Positions 1 to 9,719 of a stretch of 64,000 bases of DNA are shown in pieces. A program made the translations under genes and the position numbers. Source of the DNA: Myxococcota bacterium (GTDB lineage: Bacteria > Myxococcota_A > SURF-8); the NCBI GenBank assembly GCA_963674735.2, contig CAXXQS010000001.1:1216001-1280000 (forward strand), in the 5' to 3' direction. The notes beneath the pieces are model-generated. The model was given only the letters and a program-made list of their open reading frames with translations. It did no database searches and was not told the origin of the DNA. Numbering within the stretch: the first letter of the stretch is position 1; every line of letters begins with the position of its first letter.

Positions 1-807
1 GGGAATGATATCGCCCGTGGCCTGATGGCTGTAATCGCTTTCCGAGATCATCAAACCTGCTAGAAAAGCTCCCAGAGCCAGAGACAAGCCCAGCCTGTTG
101 AACAAAATCGCGACGGCAAAACAGATCGTGACCATCGAGAGCAGGAAAAGTTCGCGTTTGCGCGTGCTGGTAATCCAAAATAGCAGACGTGGAATGAGCC
201 AACGGGTGCCCGCCAATACCATTAAGATGACCCCGCCGATTTTCATGAATGTCAGTAACAAGTGGCTGGAGTCGGCCGTTGGACCACGACCGGCCAAATA
301 GGGTATCAGGAGCATAAACGGAACCATGACGAGATCTTGAAAGATCAGAATACTGAAGGACAGGCGTCCGAAAGGGGCATCTGCTTCCGATCTTTCCTGT
401 AACAATTTCAAAACGATAGCCGTGGAACTCAACGCACCCAGCAACCCGAGCAGGATGGCGGTTCCCGTGTTTTCAAAGGTGAACGAGGCGAACAGGTAAA
501 TGATTCCAAAGGTCAAAGTTACTTGAAGACCGCCGCCCAACAAAACAGAGCGGCCGATCTGCAGCAGATTCTTGAAAGAAAACTCCAAACCGATCGTGAA
601 CAGCAAGAAAACCACGCCGATTTCCGCCAACATGCGGACTTCTTCGATACTTGCCATAAGCCCCAAACCGTGCGGACCGGCAACCGCTCCAACGGCCAGA
701 AAACCGACAAGACTCGGGATGCGCAGACGGCTGGCGGCTAGTAGGACAACCAGCGAAAGAGCGAAAACGATCACGATATCCTGAAGAAGCGGCATGTCTT
801 CGTGCAT
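1..807 (-). CDS. CPA2-family (KefB/KefC-like) cation:proton antiporter, 5' part; runs off the window edge
   Basis: Manual translation from the ATG at 807: MHEDMPLLQDIVIVFALSLVVLLAASRLRIPSLVGFLAVGAVAGPHGLGL...AEIGVVFLLFTIGLEFS...SSTAIVLKLL...LIFQDL. These are typical CPA2 motifs. The frame is open to position 1. Confidence 0.9.
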   Translation of the reverse strand, partial: MHEDMPLLQDIVIVFALSLVVLLAASRLRIPSLVGFLAVGAVAGPHGLGLMASIEEVRMLAEIGVVFLLFTIGLEFSFKNLLQIGRSVLLGGGLQVTLTFGIIYLFASFTFENTGTAILLGLLGALSSTAIVLKLLQERSEADAPFGRLSFSILIFQDLVMVPFMLLIPYLAGRGPTADSSHLLLTFMKIGGVILMVLAGTRWLIPRLLFWITSTRKRELFLLSMVTICFAVAILFNRLGLSLALGAFLAGLMISESDYSHQATGDIIP

Positions 808-910
808 AACGGTCCCCGCAGTAGGAATTGTTTCACAAACTTGGATCGAGCTGAGAGTACTCCAATTCCGCTTTTGGAACAATCGAGGATTGCATTTTGA
901 TGACAAGAAA

Positions 911-2050
911 CTAGCTTCGGGCGACCCGCATGGCCTCTGTTAAAGTCGCCAGGACGTCGTTCTGTTCGGTGTCGCGTAAGCCGGGATAAAGCGGAAGCAG
1001 AAGCCCGTGCTTCATGGCGTACTCGGAATGGGGGAGGGAAAGGCTTGAAAATTCATCGGCATACAAAGCCTCGTGATGGACGCAGCCCAGGCCCGGCATG
1101 GCGGCTATTCCGTGACCAAGCATAAATCGAATCACATTATCGCGGTGGACGGAGCTGTCCATCATTGCCTGGTAACTTTGCCAATTGCTGCGTGCCCACC
1201 CGGGTTCAAGCGGAGGCGAAATGCCGGACAAACCGGTCAGTTTCTGGGTGTAGCGTTCGGCCAGCCGACGACGTTCGAGGATGATCTTGGGGAGGCGCTC
1301 CAATTGCTCGCGGCCAATCGCGGCCTGGATGTCGGTCAGACGGTAGTTGTAACCCAGACGCTCGTAAGCCGGACCTTGAGGTTGAATCGTCATTCCATGT
1401 TGGCGCAGGCTACGGACGGAGGCATCCAGTTCGGGATCGTTGGTTGTGATCATGCCGCCATCGCCCGTGGTGATAACTTTACGTGGGTGAAAGGAAAAAA
1501 TGGCGATGTCGCCGTGAGGGCGTCCGATGGGTTGAAAGGAGTCTCCCAGTTTGACTTCGGAGCCGATGGCGCAGGCTGCGTCTTCCAAAACACGCAAATT
1601 GTGGCGTTTGGCGATGTCGAGCAACTGCGTCAAATCGCAGGGCATCCCGATTTGATGAATTGCGATGATGGCGCGTGTTTTCGCTGTGATGGCTTGTTCG
1701 ACAGCTTCGGGGTCGAGGTTTGGACTCTCGGGCTCGATGTCCACCAGGACCGGGTCGGCGCCGCAATAACGAACGGCGTTGGCAGTGGCGATGAAGGTGT
1801 AACTCGCCGTGATGACTTGGTCGCCTGGACCGATTCTCAGAGCCAAGAGGGCAAGATGCAGGGCCGCCGTACCGCTGGAAACCGCACAGGCATGAAGCGC
1901 CCCGACCCGTTTGGCGAAGTCGGCTTCAAAAGCCTCCACTTCGTTTCCCTGCATGACCCAGCCCTTGAGGATCGGTCGTGCCGCGGCCTGAACTTCGCGG
2001 TCGTCCAGGACCGGCCGGGTGATGGGAATGCGGATCGGTGTCTTGCTCAT
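911..2050 (-). CDS. DegT/DnrJ/EryC1/StrS family PLP-dependent sugar aminotransferase
   Basis: Motifs SSGTAALHLAL, EDAACAIG, FSFHPRKVITTGDGGM (PLP Lys) and GYNYRLTDIQAAIG. Confidence 0.93.
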   Translation of the reverse strand: MSKTPIRIPITRPVLDDREVQAAARPILKGWVMQGNEVEAFEADFAKRVGALHACAVSSGTAALHLALLALRIGPGDQVITASYTFIATANAVRYCGADPVLVDIEPESPNLDPEAVEQAITAKTRAIIAIHQIGMPCDLTQLLDIAKRHNLRVLEDAACAIGSEVKLGDSFQPIGRPHGDIAIFSFHPRKVITTGDGGMITTNDPELDASVRSLRQHGMTIQPQGPAYERLGYNYRLTDIQAAIGREQLERLPKIILERRRLAERYTQKLTGLSGISPPLEPGWARSNWQSYQAMMDSSVHRDNVIRFMLGHGIAAMPGLGCVHHEALYADEFSSLSLPHSEYAMKHGLLLPLYPGLRDTEQNDVLATLTEAMRVARS

Positions 2051-2071
2051 GGCGTCTCCGTCCGAGTGGGA

Positions 2072-3499
2072 TCAGGTTGTAGCTTCTTCCGTTTTCCAGC
2101 GAGCGCCGCGAGTTAGCCAGCCACGGAAGAACAAAGCCAGGAATGGTCCGGAAATGGCGAAAATACCCAGGAAGAACCACATGGCTGCGGGGCTGTCCCA
2201 GAAACCGACGGTATTTTCTTGCAAGCGCTGGCCGATATCTTCAGGCGACCAACGAAGAAGCATATGACCCGACATGGCGCTGACCACCGTTTTCGCCAGG
2301 AACCAGGGAACCATGGTCAAGCCCAAGTAGGTTCCCTCCTGGCCTTCCGGCGCAACGGCGGCGGTATACTCCGACAGCTTGGGTGACCAGATGATTTCGC
2401 CGACGGATAGTATAACCAGACACAAAATGGCCATGAGATAGTGCGCGTGGGCAATATTCGCACTGAACATTTGCCAAGGGAGAACCAGCGCGAAAAGCGA
2501 CAGCGCCGATATCATCGATCCGTAAACCAACATCTTGAAAATGTTGAACTTATTGGCGAAGGGAATGAAGAGAATCAGTCCGACTACGATAAGGAACGGG
2601 TTGATGGTGTTGAGTAAGCCGATGTTGGCATCAGTTCCGATGACGCGCAGCCAGTATTTCGGCATCAGCAAATACATGTAGGCGAAGACGGCACGGACAC
2701 CAAGTAGCATGGCGATGAGCACCGTCAGACGCCAGAAAGCCGATTCCGATACCACTTCTTTGGCAATCTGGAAGGGATTTTTGCGAACCTTCGGTGTGTC
2801 ATCGATGGGTTCCGGTTCGAGCTCTTCGTCTTCACCACGAAGTTGGTCTTCACGGTGAACCATCAGAAACGTGACACCGATACACAACACCGACATGACC
2901 GCACCGGTGGTGAAGATGTGGGAACTGGAAAAGCCGAGCCACAGGCGTACCATATCGATGAGGATACCGCCCGACATCGCGCCGACGTTCATAAACAAAT
3001 ACCAGAGGTTGAATCCGGCGCTACGTGACTTTTTGGTGGTGAAACGGCGATTGGCGGCCTGGAAAACCGTCTGAATCATGGCCATCAGCGGAGCCATTAG
3101 AAAGAATAGGATAGAAACGATGATGCCGCGATGAGGGACGGAGTCGGTCAGTCCCAAAAAGGCGACACCACCACGCAATAGTAGCATGCCGCCCATCGCC
3201 ACATAGATCGAGCGCTTGATACCCAGCCAGTCGGTGACCATCCCGGAGAAGAAGAGGAAGATGGTGGTGGCTGAGGTGAAAACCGTGACCACATAGCCCG
3301 CGTCGGTGTCCGACATGCCGAGATCCTCGGAGAGGAAGACGGCGGCGATGGTGATCATGGCGAAATAGACGGTGCAATCCAGAAAGTTGATGAATTGGAT
3401 ACCCCAATATTCAGAGCGGGTTTCCTTTAAAACTTTGAAATCCGTGAAATATTGACGGATCATTTCACCGGCTGTTCGGTTCTTCACCGCTTGGTTCAT
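2072..3499 (-). CDS. MFS transporter (POT/peptide-transporter-like)
   Basis: About 12 hydrophobic segments; motif-A-like GMVTDWLGIKRS; GFNLWYLFMNVG; GEIIWSPKL..Y. Start placed at MNQAVK, which follows a GAGG RBS. Confidence 0.85.
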   Translation of the reverse strand: MNQAVKNRTAGEMIRQYFTDFKVLKETRSEYWGIQFINFLDCTVYFAMITIAAVFLSEDLGMSDTDAGYVVTVFTSATTIFLFFSGMVTDWLGIKRSIYVAMGGMLLLRGGVAFLGLTDSVPHRGIIVSILFFLMAPLMAMIQTVFQAANRRFTTKKSRSAGFNLWYLFMNVGAMSGGILIDMVRLWLGFSSSHIFTTGAVMSVLCIGVTFLMVHREDQLRGEDEELEPEPIDDTPKVRKNPFQIAKEVVSESAFWRLTVLIAMLLGVRAVFAYMYLLMPKYWLRVIGTDANIGLLNTINPFLIVVGLILFIPFANKFNIFKMLVYGSMISALSLFALVLPWQMFSANIAHAHYLMAILCLVILSVGEIIWSPKLSEYTAAVAPEGQEGTYLGLTMVPWFLAKTVVSAMSGHMLLRWSPEDIGQRLQENTVGFWDSPAAMWFFLGIFAISGPFLALFFRGWLTRGARWKTEEATT

Positions 3500-3681
3500 G
3501 GCGACCTCGTTGGAGTTTTGTGATTCGATCAGGAGTCCGGCAAGGTGCGAAAAGCCTGGAATTGCATGAGATAGAGGCCACTCGCACCGCGCATGCACTA
3601 TCAAATAACGCAAAGTCGGCGGAATGTAAAGGGAAACCTGTCAAAGACGGTTGGAATGGTGTATTAAGGAAAAGGCGGATG

Positions 3682-3710
3682 TTGTGAAGAAGTAGCCGGT
3701 TTGTTATAAT
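3682..3710 (+). promoter_or_regulatory. Putative sigma-70 promoter for the HDOD gene
   Basis: TTGTGA-N17-TATAAT. Confidence 0.5.
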
Positions 3711-3774
3711 TGAAAAAGAAGTGTCTCACCTGTGAGGCGAGGATCGATATTCAGTCCTAATCGGGAGTCGGGAC

Positions 3775-4647
3775 ATGACAGATTCAGCCCGCGAAGCTAT
3801 TCTCAAAACGCTATCCGACATCAACAAACTACCGGCTATTCCGGAGGTTGTGGTACGGGTTCTTCAACTGGTCAATCAAAAGTCGGGTAATGCCGAAAAC
3901 TTGGCTAAATTGATAAACGAAGACCCGAGCTTAGCGGCCAATGTACTGAAATTGGTCAACTCGGCTTTGTATGGGGCCCAAGTCAAAGAGATTACTTCAA
4001 TCAAGGCGGCTGTCACGCGCCTCGGTTCGGCGGAAGTCAGTCGGCTCTGTATGTCGCTGGGTGTGGCGAAGGTGTTTTCCGGTATGGGGAGTGGCATTCG
4101 GCACAAAGAATTTTGGAAGCATTCATTAGCCGTCGGCATAGCGGCCCGGATGATTCAGAGCGAACGGGATAGTGCCGATGATTCTCTTGGGGAAGTCGTT
4201 TTTACGGCCGGTTTACTCCATGACGTAGGAGCGTTCATTCTGGATCAGTTTTTCAACGAATTGTTTGCGGAAGTACAAAAAGCGGTTAAAGAAGAAGACC
4301 GCAGTGCGTACGGCATTGAGTGGGAACGGCTGGGAATCGATCATGGCGAGGTCGGCGGGATTCTGTTAGGCCATTGGGGGTTGCCGGAAGACATCGTGGC
4401 GGCTGTCAGTTGGCACCACGCCCCCGAGAAAGCAAAGGATGAACATCGCCGAGTTGCCTATTTGATCTATCTGGCCGATCAGCTGTGCAACGAAATCGGT
4501 TTGAGCTTCGATTATGAGACCGCCGAAGAAGCCGTTCGCCCGGAAGCTCTCTCTGAATTGGGCGTGGACATGCTGGATCTCCCCCAGTTGACCGAACGTA
4601 TTGGGGAAGAGGCGCAAAAATCGGAAATGTTTTCAAGTTTGATTTGA
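3775..4647 (+). CDS. Stand-alone HDOD domain protein
   Basis: LPAIPEVV, DPSLAANVLKLVNSALYG, FWKHSLAV, AGLLHDVG, HGEVGGILLGHWGLP, HHAP. Confidence 0.92.
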   Translation: MTDSAREAILKTLSDINKLPAIPEVVVRVLQLVNQKSGNAENLAKLINEDPSLAANVLKLVNSALYGAQVKEITSIKAAVTRLGSAEVSRLCMSLGVAKVFSGMGSGIRHKEFWKHSLAVGIAARMIQSERDSADDSLGEVVFTAGLLHDVGAFILDQFFNELFAEVQKAVKEEDRSAYGIEWERLGIDHGEVGGILLGHWGLPEDIVAAVSWHHAPEKAKDEHRRVAYLIYLADQLCNEIGLSFDYETAEEAVRPEALSELGVDMLDLPQLTERIGEEAQKSEMFSSLI

Positions 4648-4740
4648 AAGGCCCGAAGATTGCGGTCGGTTGCACAATCTTTTCTTGCTCCGTTGCGTGA
4701 AATTGTGTACTAACTAACACTCGGTCGGTTGGCCGGCCGT

Positions 4741-4827
4741 GGGGCTGTGGTGGAACTGGTAGACACAAGGGACTTAAAATCCCTCGCCCTTTCGGGTGTA
4801 CGGGTTCGATTCCCGTCAGCCCTACCA
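4741..4827 (+). tRNA. tRNA-Leu (anticodon TAA)
   Basis: Acceptor stem GGGGCTG/CAGCCCT plus A-CCA; D-loop TGGTAGACAC; anticodon arm AGGGA-CTTAAAA-TCCCT; long variable arm; T-loop GGTTCGATTCC. Confidence 0.97.
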
Positions 4828-4838
4828 TTATTTCAAGC

Positions 4839-4875
4839 AAACCCGATGCTCCTACGTAAAAGGACATCGGGTTTT
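4839..4875 (+). terminator. Intrinsic terminator after tRNA-Leu
   Basis: AAACCCGATG...CATCGGGTTTT stem with a T tail. Confidence 0.7.
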
Positions 4876-5044
4876 GTCGTTTTGAAGAAGTCTCAATGGC
4901 AACGCTCAAGAAAATGATTGACAGTAAGAGGCGCAAGCTTTTACTGTTTGGTCGCTATTAATCAAGACGATTGGCCATAGATGCCACTGCTTGCTGAAGT
5001 TCTGCCGCTTCGTGTCATCGGCGCAAGGTAATAAAGACAAGGTA

Positions 5045-6484
5045 ATGCCTTCAAAACAGAAGATGAAAGAAACCGCATCGGATGCATCCCGGTCAAGCCG
5101 CAGTCGCCAATCCTTGATGCCCCGCCTTCTTGATCGAATCATTGCTCCGACGAAAGGTTGGAGTCGTCGTCAACTAATCGGAATTTATTACCTTCTCTTT
5201 ATCTTTCTGGTCGGTTGGGGAGTGTGCATCGAGCGATACGAGTTCTTTCCGTATTCGATCTTGAATGCGTTTCTTTCCGATATCGAAGGGTATGTCCAGG
5301 GAGATCCCGAAGGGACCAAGACGAGTCTTCTGCAAAAGCTATCCAACGACCTGAATTGGGTGCCACATCGGCTGTTGGTTGACTATACGATTTCAAACGA
5401 GCGCGACTATCGTCAGGTTGCGATCCCCTCGGTTCGTGCTCGCCGCGAACCCGCACGGGTGTTCCAATCGGAGCAGGCAACGCCGGGTTTTCGGGTGATC
5501 TATGGCACCTTCGATTTCGAGCGCGATATGCATGGTGCCATACTGTTGGATGAGAGCGGGCAGGTTGTTCATACGTGGGTCTTGCACGAAGGAAGGATCG
5601 AAGGCTGGGAAGATCTGGAGTTCCGGCCACCACAGCGAAAAGTACCCCATGGTTTCAGCGTTTTGCCGACGGGCTCCGTTGTTTTCGCCTTCGATCGGGG
5701 AGCCTCGCTCCAGAAGTTCGATTGGTGCAGCCAACGCCAGTGGGTCAGCATCGGACATTCGTACAGTCATAGCATCAACTTGGATGACCATGGCGCGCTA
5801 TATTGCGTCGGATCCGTGAAAGTGGATCAACAAAGCGGTAAGCTTTTAAAAACCATCTCGTTTTCGGATGTGATGGAGGCGAACCGTTCGACGGACATTC
5901 TCGGTATCCGCCAGAAAGACGCGCGGGATGGCTGGAATTGGCTGCATGACCCATGGCATTTCAACGATCTGGAACCGTTGTCGGCGGCTCTGGCTCCGAG
6001 CTTTCCGCAATTTAACGCCGGTGACCTTTTGGTGAGTGCACGTTCGATCAATGCTCTATTTGTGATGGATCCGGAGAGCCTGAAAATCAAATGGTGGCGA
6101 ATAGGTCAAACCCGCCGTCAGCACGATCCGGATTGGCAACCCGATGGCACCATTACAGTGTATGACAATAATATGCACAGAGGACTCAGCCGGATCCTCA
6201 AAATCGACCCGAAAACCTATTCCAGCACCGTGCTTTTCGATGGGAAGAATGAGAACTTTTATTCGAATATTCGTGGGAAACACCAGGTTTTGGAGAATGG
6301 GAACATCCTCATCACGATTCCGCAGCAGGGAAGGGTGATTGAGATCAATCCCCAAGGCGATGTGATGTTCGAGTTTTTGAATGTCTATTCGACGGAGCCC
6401 TCGAAAATGCTTCTTGTTTCGGAGGCGGTGTTTCTGCCCAAAGATTATTTTGCGTTCACCCAATGGCCGTCGTGCGGAAACTAG
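5045..6484 (+). CDS. Arylsulfotransferase (ASST)-like beta-propeller protein with an N-terminal membrane anchor; start uncertain
   Basis: One N-terminal TM segment; DPWHFNDLEPL, DLLVSARSINAL, RQHDPD, YDNN, RGKHQVLENGNILIT, GRVIEI. Confidence 0.8.
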   Translation: MPSKQKMKETASDASRSSRSRQSLMPRLLDRIIAPTKGWSRRQLIGIYYLLFIFLVGWGVCIERYEFFPYSILNAFLSDIEGYVQGDPEGTKTSLLQKLSNDLNWVPHRLLVDYTISNERDYRQVAIPSVRARREPARVFQSEQATPGFRVIYGTFDFERDMHGAILLDESGQVVHTWVLHEGRIEGWEDLEFRPPQRKVPHGFSVLPTGSVVFAFDRGASLQKFDWCSQRQWVSIGHSYSHSINLDDHGALYCVGSVKVDQQSGKLLKTISFSDVMEANRSTDILGIRQKDARDGWNWLHDPWHFNDLEPLSAALAPSFPQFNAGDLLVSARSINALFVMDPESLKIKWWRIGQTRRQHDPDWQPDGTITVYDNNMHRGLSRILKIDPKTYSSTVLFDGKNENFYSNIRGKHQVLENGNILITIPQQGRVIEINPQGDVMFEFLNVYSTEPSKMLLVSEAVFLPKDYFAFTQWPSCGN

Positions 6485-6586
6485 CTTGCCATTAAAGGCT
6501 ATGGGTGCTGATCAAAGCGGAAAACAAGCTATTCCATCGCCAATTACTTTTGATCGTTGACTCTCTGGGGCAATCTACAAGGAGGT

Positions 6587-7951
6587 TCAATCGGAGGTCG
6601 GTGCGGGGCCCTTCTTAAGTTTTTCCCGAAGTGTCTTGCGATCAATGCTCAAAATTTCCGCCGCGCGGGTTTTATTGCCCCCGACACTCTCCAAGACCCT
6701 GCGGATGTATTCCGTTTCCATCTCAGCTAGGGGACGGTCTAGGCCGCTGCAGCCGGGGAGGTCGGTGGGGCGCATGGTTGGCGGCAGATCGGGGGCGTCA
6801 ATCATTCCTGTATCGGTCATGGCCATGAGCCGCTGGACGAGGTTTTCAAGTTCTCGAACATTGCCCGGCCACATGTAACGTCGCAGCAAATCGAGTGCCC
6901 GGTCGGTGTAATCCGGTGTACCACGTCCCATTTCTTCGGCGTATTTAGCGCTATAATAACGAGTTAACAACAACACATCATCGCCCCGAACTCGAAGGGG
7001 AGGCAATTCGATATTGATCACGTTTAATCGATAATACAGGTCTTCCCTAAAGCGTCCGCTCTTTATCAGATCGGGCAAGCTCTTGTTGGTACCGGCCAGA
7101 ATTCGGACATCCACCTTTTGGGATTTTGCCGAACCCACCATACAGATTTCCTTTTCCTGCAAGACACGCAAAAGTTTGACCTGCATGGCAATGCTGGTTT
7201 CACTGACTTCATCCAGAAATATCGTGCCTTTATCCGCGGTTTGAAAGAAACCCGCTCGTGATTCCGTCGCTCCGGTGAATGCGCCTTTAACGTGACCGAA
7301 TAATTCACTTTCCAGTAGCGTTTCCGGGATGCCGCCACAGTTGACCGGCACAAAGGCATGAGAGGCGCGATGGCTCTGATAATGAATGGCGCGGGCGACC
7401 AGTTCTTTTCCGGTCCCGCTTTCCCCTGAGATCAAAACGGTGGCTTTCACTGCCGCAGCCTTGTTTATCGTATTGTAAACGGCCTGCATGGCAAGGGAGT
7501 TTCCGATCATTCCATCCGGTGTCTGGGAAGATTCCGGTCGTTGGCATAACCCCAGTATTCGTTGCTGGCGTCGGGCCATCACATCGGTGACGACTTCCAA
7601 CAACTCCTTCTTTGTGAATGGTTTGGCCAGGTACTCATCGGCTCCCAACCTGACGGATTCGACCGCACTATCGATGGAGGGATAGCCGGTGATCATGATG
7701 ACGCTGATTGTTTTATAGTTATCTCGGATATGACGGATCAGGTCCATCCCGTCGACTTCCGGCATTTTCAGGTCGGTCATGACCAGATCGATGGCCGTTT
7801 GTCTTAGCAGGTCGACGCCTTCCTGGACGCTTGAGGCGGTATAGATCGTATGGCCGAACGGGACCAAATGCCGTTGAATAAGCTCCAGGGCATCCGGGGA
7901 ATCGTCAACGGCAAGAATGGTGTATGTCTGCTTCGTATTATTCTTATTCAT
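6587..7951 (-). CDS. Sigma-54-dependent response regulator (receiver + AAA+ + Fis HTH)
   Basis: ILAVDD...TDLKMP receiver; GESGTGKE; ESELFGHVKGAFTGA; FLDEV; WPGNVRELEN; GGNKTRAAEILSI HTH. Start overlaps the kinase stop. Confidence 0.95.
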   Translation of the reverse strand: MNKNNTKQTYTILAVDDSPDALELIQRHLVPFGHTIYTASSVQEGVDLLRQTAIDLVMTDLKMPEVDGMDLIRHIRDNYKTISVIMITGYPSIDSAVESVRLGADEYLAKPFTKKELLEVVTDVMARRQQRILGLCQRPESSQTPDGMIGNSLAMQAVYNTINKAAAVKATVLISGESGTGKELVARAIHYQSHRASHAFVPVNCGGIPETLLESELFGHVKGAFTGATESRAGFFQTADKGTIFLDEVSETSIAMQVKLLRVLQEKEICMVGSAKSQKVDVRILAGTNKSLPDLIKSGRFREDLYYRLNVINIELPPLRVRGDDVLLLTRYYSAKYAEEMGRGTPDYTDRALDLLRRYMWPGNVRELENLVQRLMAMTDTGMIDAPDLPPTMRPTDLPGCSGLDRPLAEMETEYIRRVLESVGGNKTRAAEILSIDRKTLREKLKKGPAPTSD

Positions 7952-9602
7952 CGGCCTGTTGCTCGATTGGTAAATCAATCGTAAACGTTGTTCCTTCACC
8001 CGGCCCCGATTTCAGTTGAATTCGGCCATGGTGTGCTTTGATAATACCATGCACGACGGATAAGCCCAATCCCGTTCCCTGGTTGACGTCTTTGGTGGTG
8101 AAAAACGGGAGATAGGCTTTTTCCTTTACTTCGTCGGTCATCCCCATACCAGTGTCGGAAATTTCCATTCGGACCGTCTTCCGATCGGATACCGTTTTAA
8201 TCGTCAAGTTTCCGCCCTGGGGCATGGCATGGGCTGCATTGACGAAAAGATTGACGATGATCTGACGTACTTGAGTTTGATCCGCCGTGATGCTCGGCAA
8301 CTCCGGAGACAACTCCGTCTTGACTTCTATCGACTCATTGAGCAGGCGCCCTTTGAAAAACGAGATGACGTCACGAATAACCGTGTTTACATTCACCTTT
8401 GCATTCCGGGTCGGAACCTGCCTTGCAAAAATCAGCAATTTCTGGACGATTTCTCTCGCATGTAAAGACGCGGATTCGATTCGCTCGATATCGTGAAAAG
8501 CCTGTCGAGGCATGCCGTCGAGTTCTTTAAGTAGCTCGGCAAACCCCAGAACACCCGTTAGCGGTTGATTTAATTCGTGAGCCACACCGGCCGCCAACTG
8601 TCCGATGGTGGCCAAACGTTCGGCATGCTGAAGCTGTTCATACAAACGCTGTTGTTCTTTTTCGGCTTGTCTGCGTTGGATGATAATGGCTACTTCACGA
8701 GCGATCGAATCAATCAAATGTCGCTCTTCCATCAGAAACGGACCTTCGTCAAGCTCGGGGCGGGACTCGATATAGGTGACTTCGACGGCTCCACGCACCT
8801 CATCGTTGACCACGATTTCGGCGGACAGGTGAAATTCCGTTCGCAGAAATCCCGGAGTGGAATGTCTCACTCCATCAAAAATGATGCTGGCTTCGGTAAT
8901 TTCCGGATAGAGCCACGCCTGGGGAAGAAGAGAAACGATTCGCTCCAAGAGGTTCTTGAGCTTTCGCTGGCTGCCCGCCGCAAGGTTCGCGATTCCGTAC
9001 ATGCAAGTCAGTTCCTTGACCCTTTCGCGTAGTTCGAACTGCGAACGATTGTAAGAAAACGCAAGACCAAGTGAGCGACAGACATCCTCCAGCCGTTCGC
9101 TCGTTTCCTCTGTAAGTAATGACGATTCTGGAAAGGCAAGTAAAATGAACCCGCGAATTCGATTGCCGACAGGAATCGTCAACTGAAGAATCGAACGAAA
9201 TGCGCATTTTTCATTATCGAAACGAACCATGCAGGCCGACGTATCGACGGAATAGGGTTTATCGCCAAGCATTGCCTGCTCGAAGGGCAGTTTCAATACT
9301 TTTGGAAACGTCATCTCAAGGGAATCTTCCTGATTCACTGTTTCGCAAAAGAAAGCGGGGGTATGGCCGCGACTGGCGTTGGAGTGAAACATTTTCGATC
9401 TTTCGACGTAGGCGATTTCGACAACATCGCATGAAGCGAAATCGATCAAACGTATCGAAATATCACGCAAAAGATCGAGGGTAATTCGGCCCATGGTCGA
9501 AAAAGACATGATATCGTTTGAGAGACGACGAAAGTCCTTCTTCGTTCGATTCATGAAACCAAATGTTTGTTTGTTTTTACCCATGACCATCCTGAAACTC
9601 AC
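7944..9602 (-). CDS. Cytoplasmic sensor histidine kinase with GAF-like input domains; start uncertain
   Basis: H-box GVAHELNQPL; N-box NLFVNAAHA; DTGMGM; PFFTTK; GTGLGL. No TM segments. Confidence 0.93.
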   Translation of the reverse strand: MSFRMVMGKNKQTFGFMNRTKKDFRRLSNDIMSFSTMGRITLDLLRDISIRLIDFASCDVVEIAYVERSKMFHSNASRGHTPAFFCETVNQEDSLEMTFPKVLKLPFEQAMLGDKPYSVDTSACMVRFDNEKCAFRSILQLTIPVGNRIRGFILLAFPESSLLTEETSERLEDVCRSLGLAFSYNRSQFELRERVKELTCMYGIANLAAGSQRKLKNLLERIVSLLPQAWLYPEITEASIIFDGVRHSTPGFLRTEFHLSAEIVVNDEVRGAVEVTYIESRPELDEGPFLMEERHLIDSIAREVAIIIQRRQAEKEQQRLYEQLQHAERLATIGQLAAGVAHELNQPLTGVLGFAELLKELDGMPRQAFHDIERIESASLHAREIVQKLLIFARQVPTRNAKVNVNTVIRDVISFFKGRLLNESIEVKTELSPELPSITADQTQVRQIIVNLFVNAAHAMPQGGNLTIKTVSDRKTVRMEISDTGMGMTDEVKEKAYLPFFTTKDVNQGTGLGLSVVHGIIKAHHGRIQLKSGPGEGTTFTIDLPIEQQADE

Positions 9603-9661
9603 CTCAGTGTCGAGTCAACTTTAGCTCAAAGTGGTTGAAATTACAATTATTCTAAACCTGT

Positions 9662-9702
9662 AAAAGAAAATCGGCTGCCCGCTATCAGGCAGCCGAAAAA
9701 AA
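9662..9702 (-). terminator. Intrinsic terminator downstream of gdhA
   Basis: TCGGCTGCC...GGCAGCCGA stem flanked by A runs, giving a U tail on the minus strand. Confidence 0.7.
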
Positions 9703-9719
9703 TACCGATTATCTTGTTG

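Noticed and set aside
98-784. Short ORFs at the window start
   Set aside because: They are shadows of the CPA2 antiporter frame, which the ORF track missed because it runs off the edge.
1073-2116. 347-aa plus-strand ORF
   Set aside because: Antisense shadow of the DegT aminotransferase with no recognisable motifs.
4741-4875. Prophage or integrative element at tRNA-Leu
   Set aside because: No integrase, phage genes or duplicated att sequence was seen.
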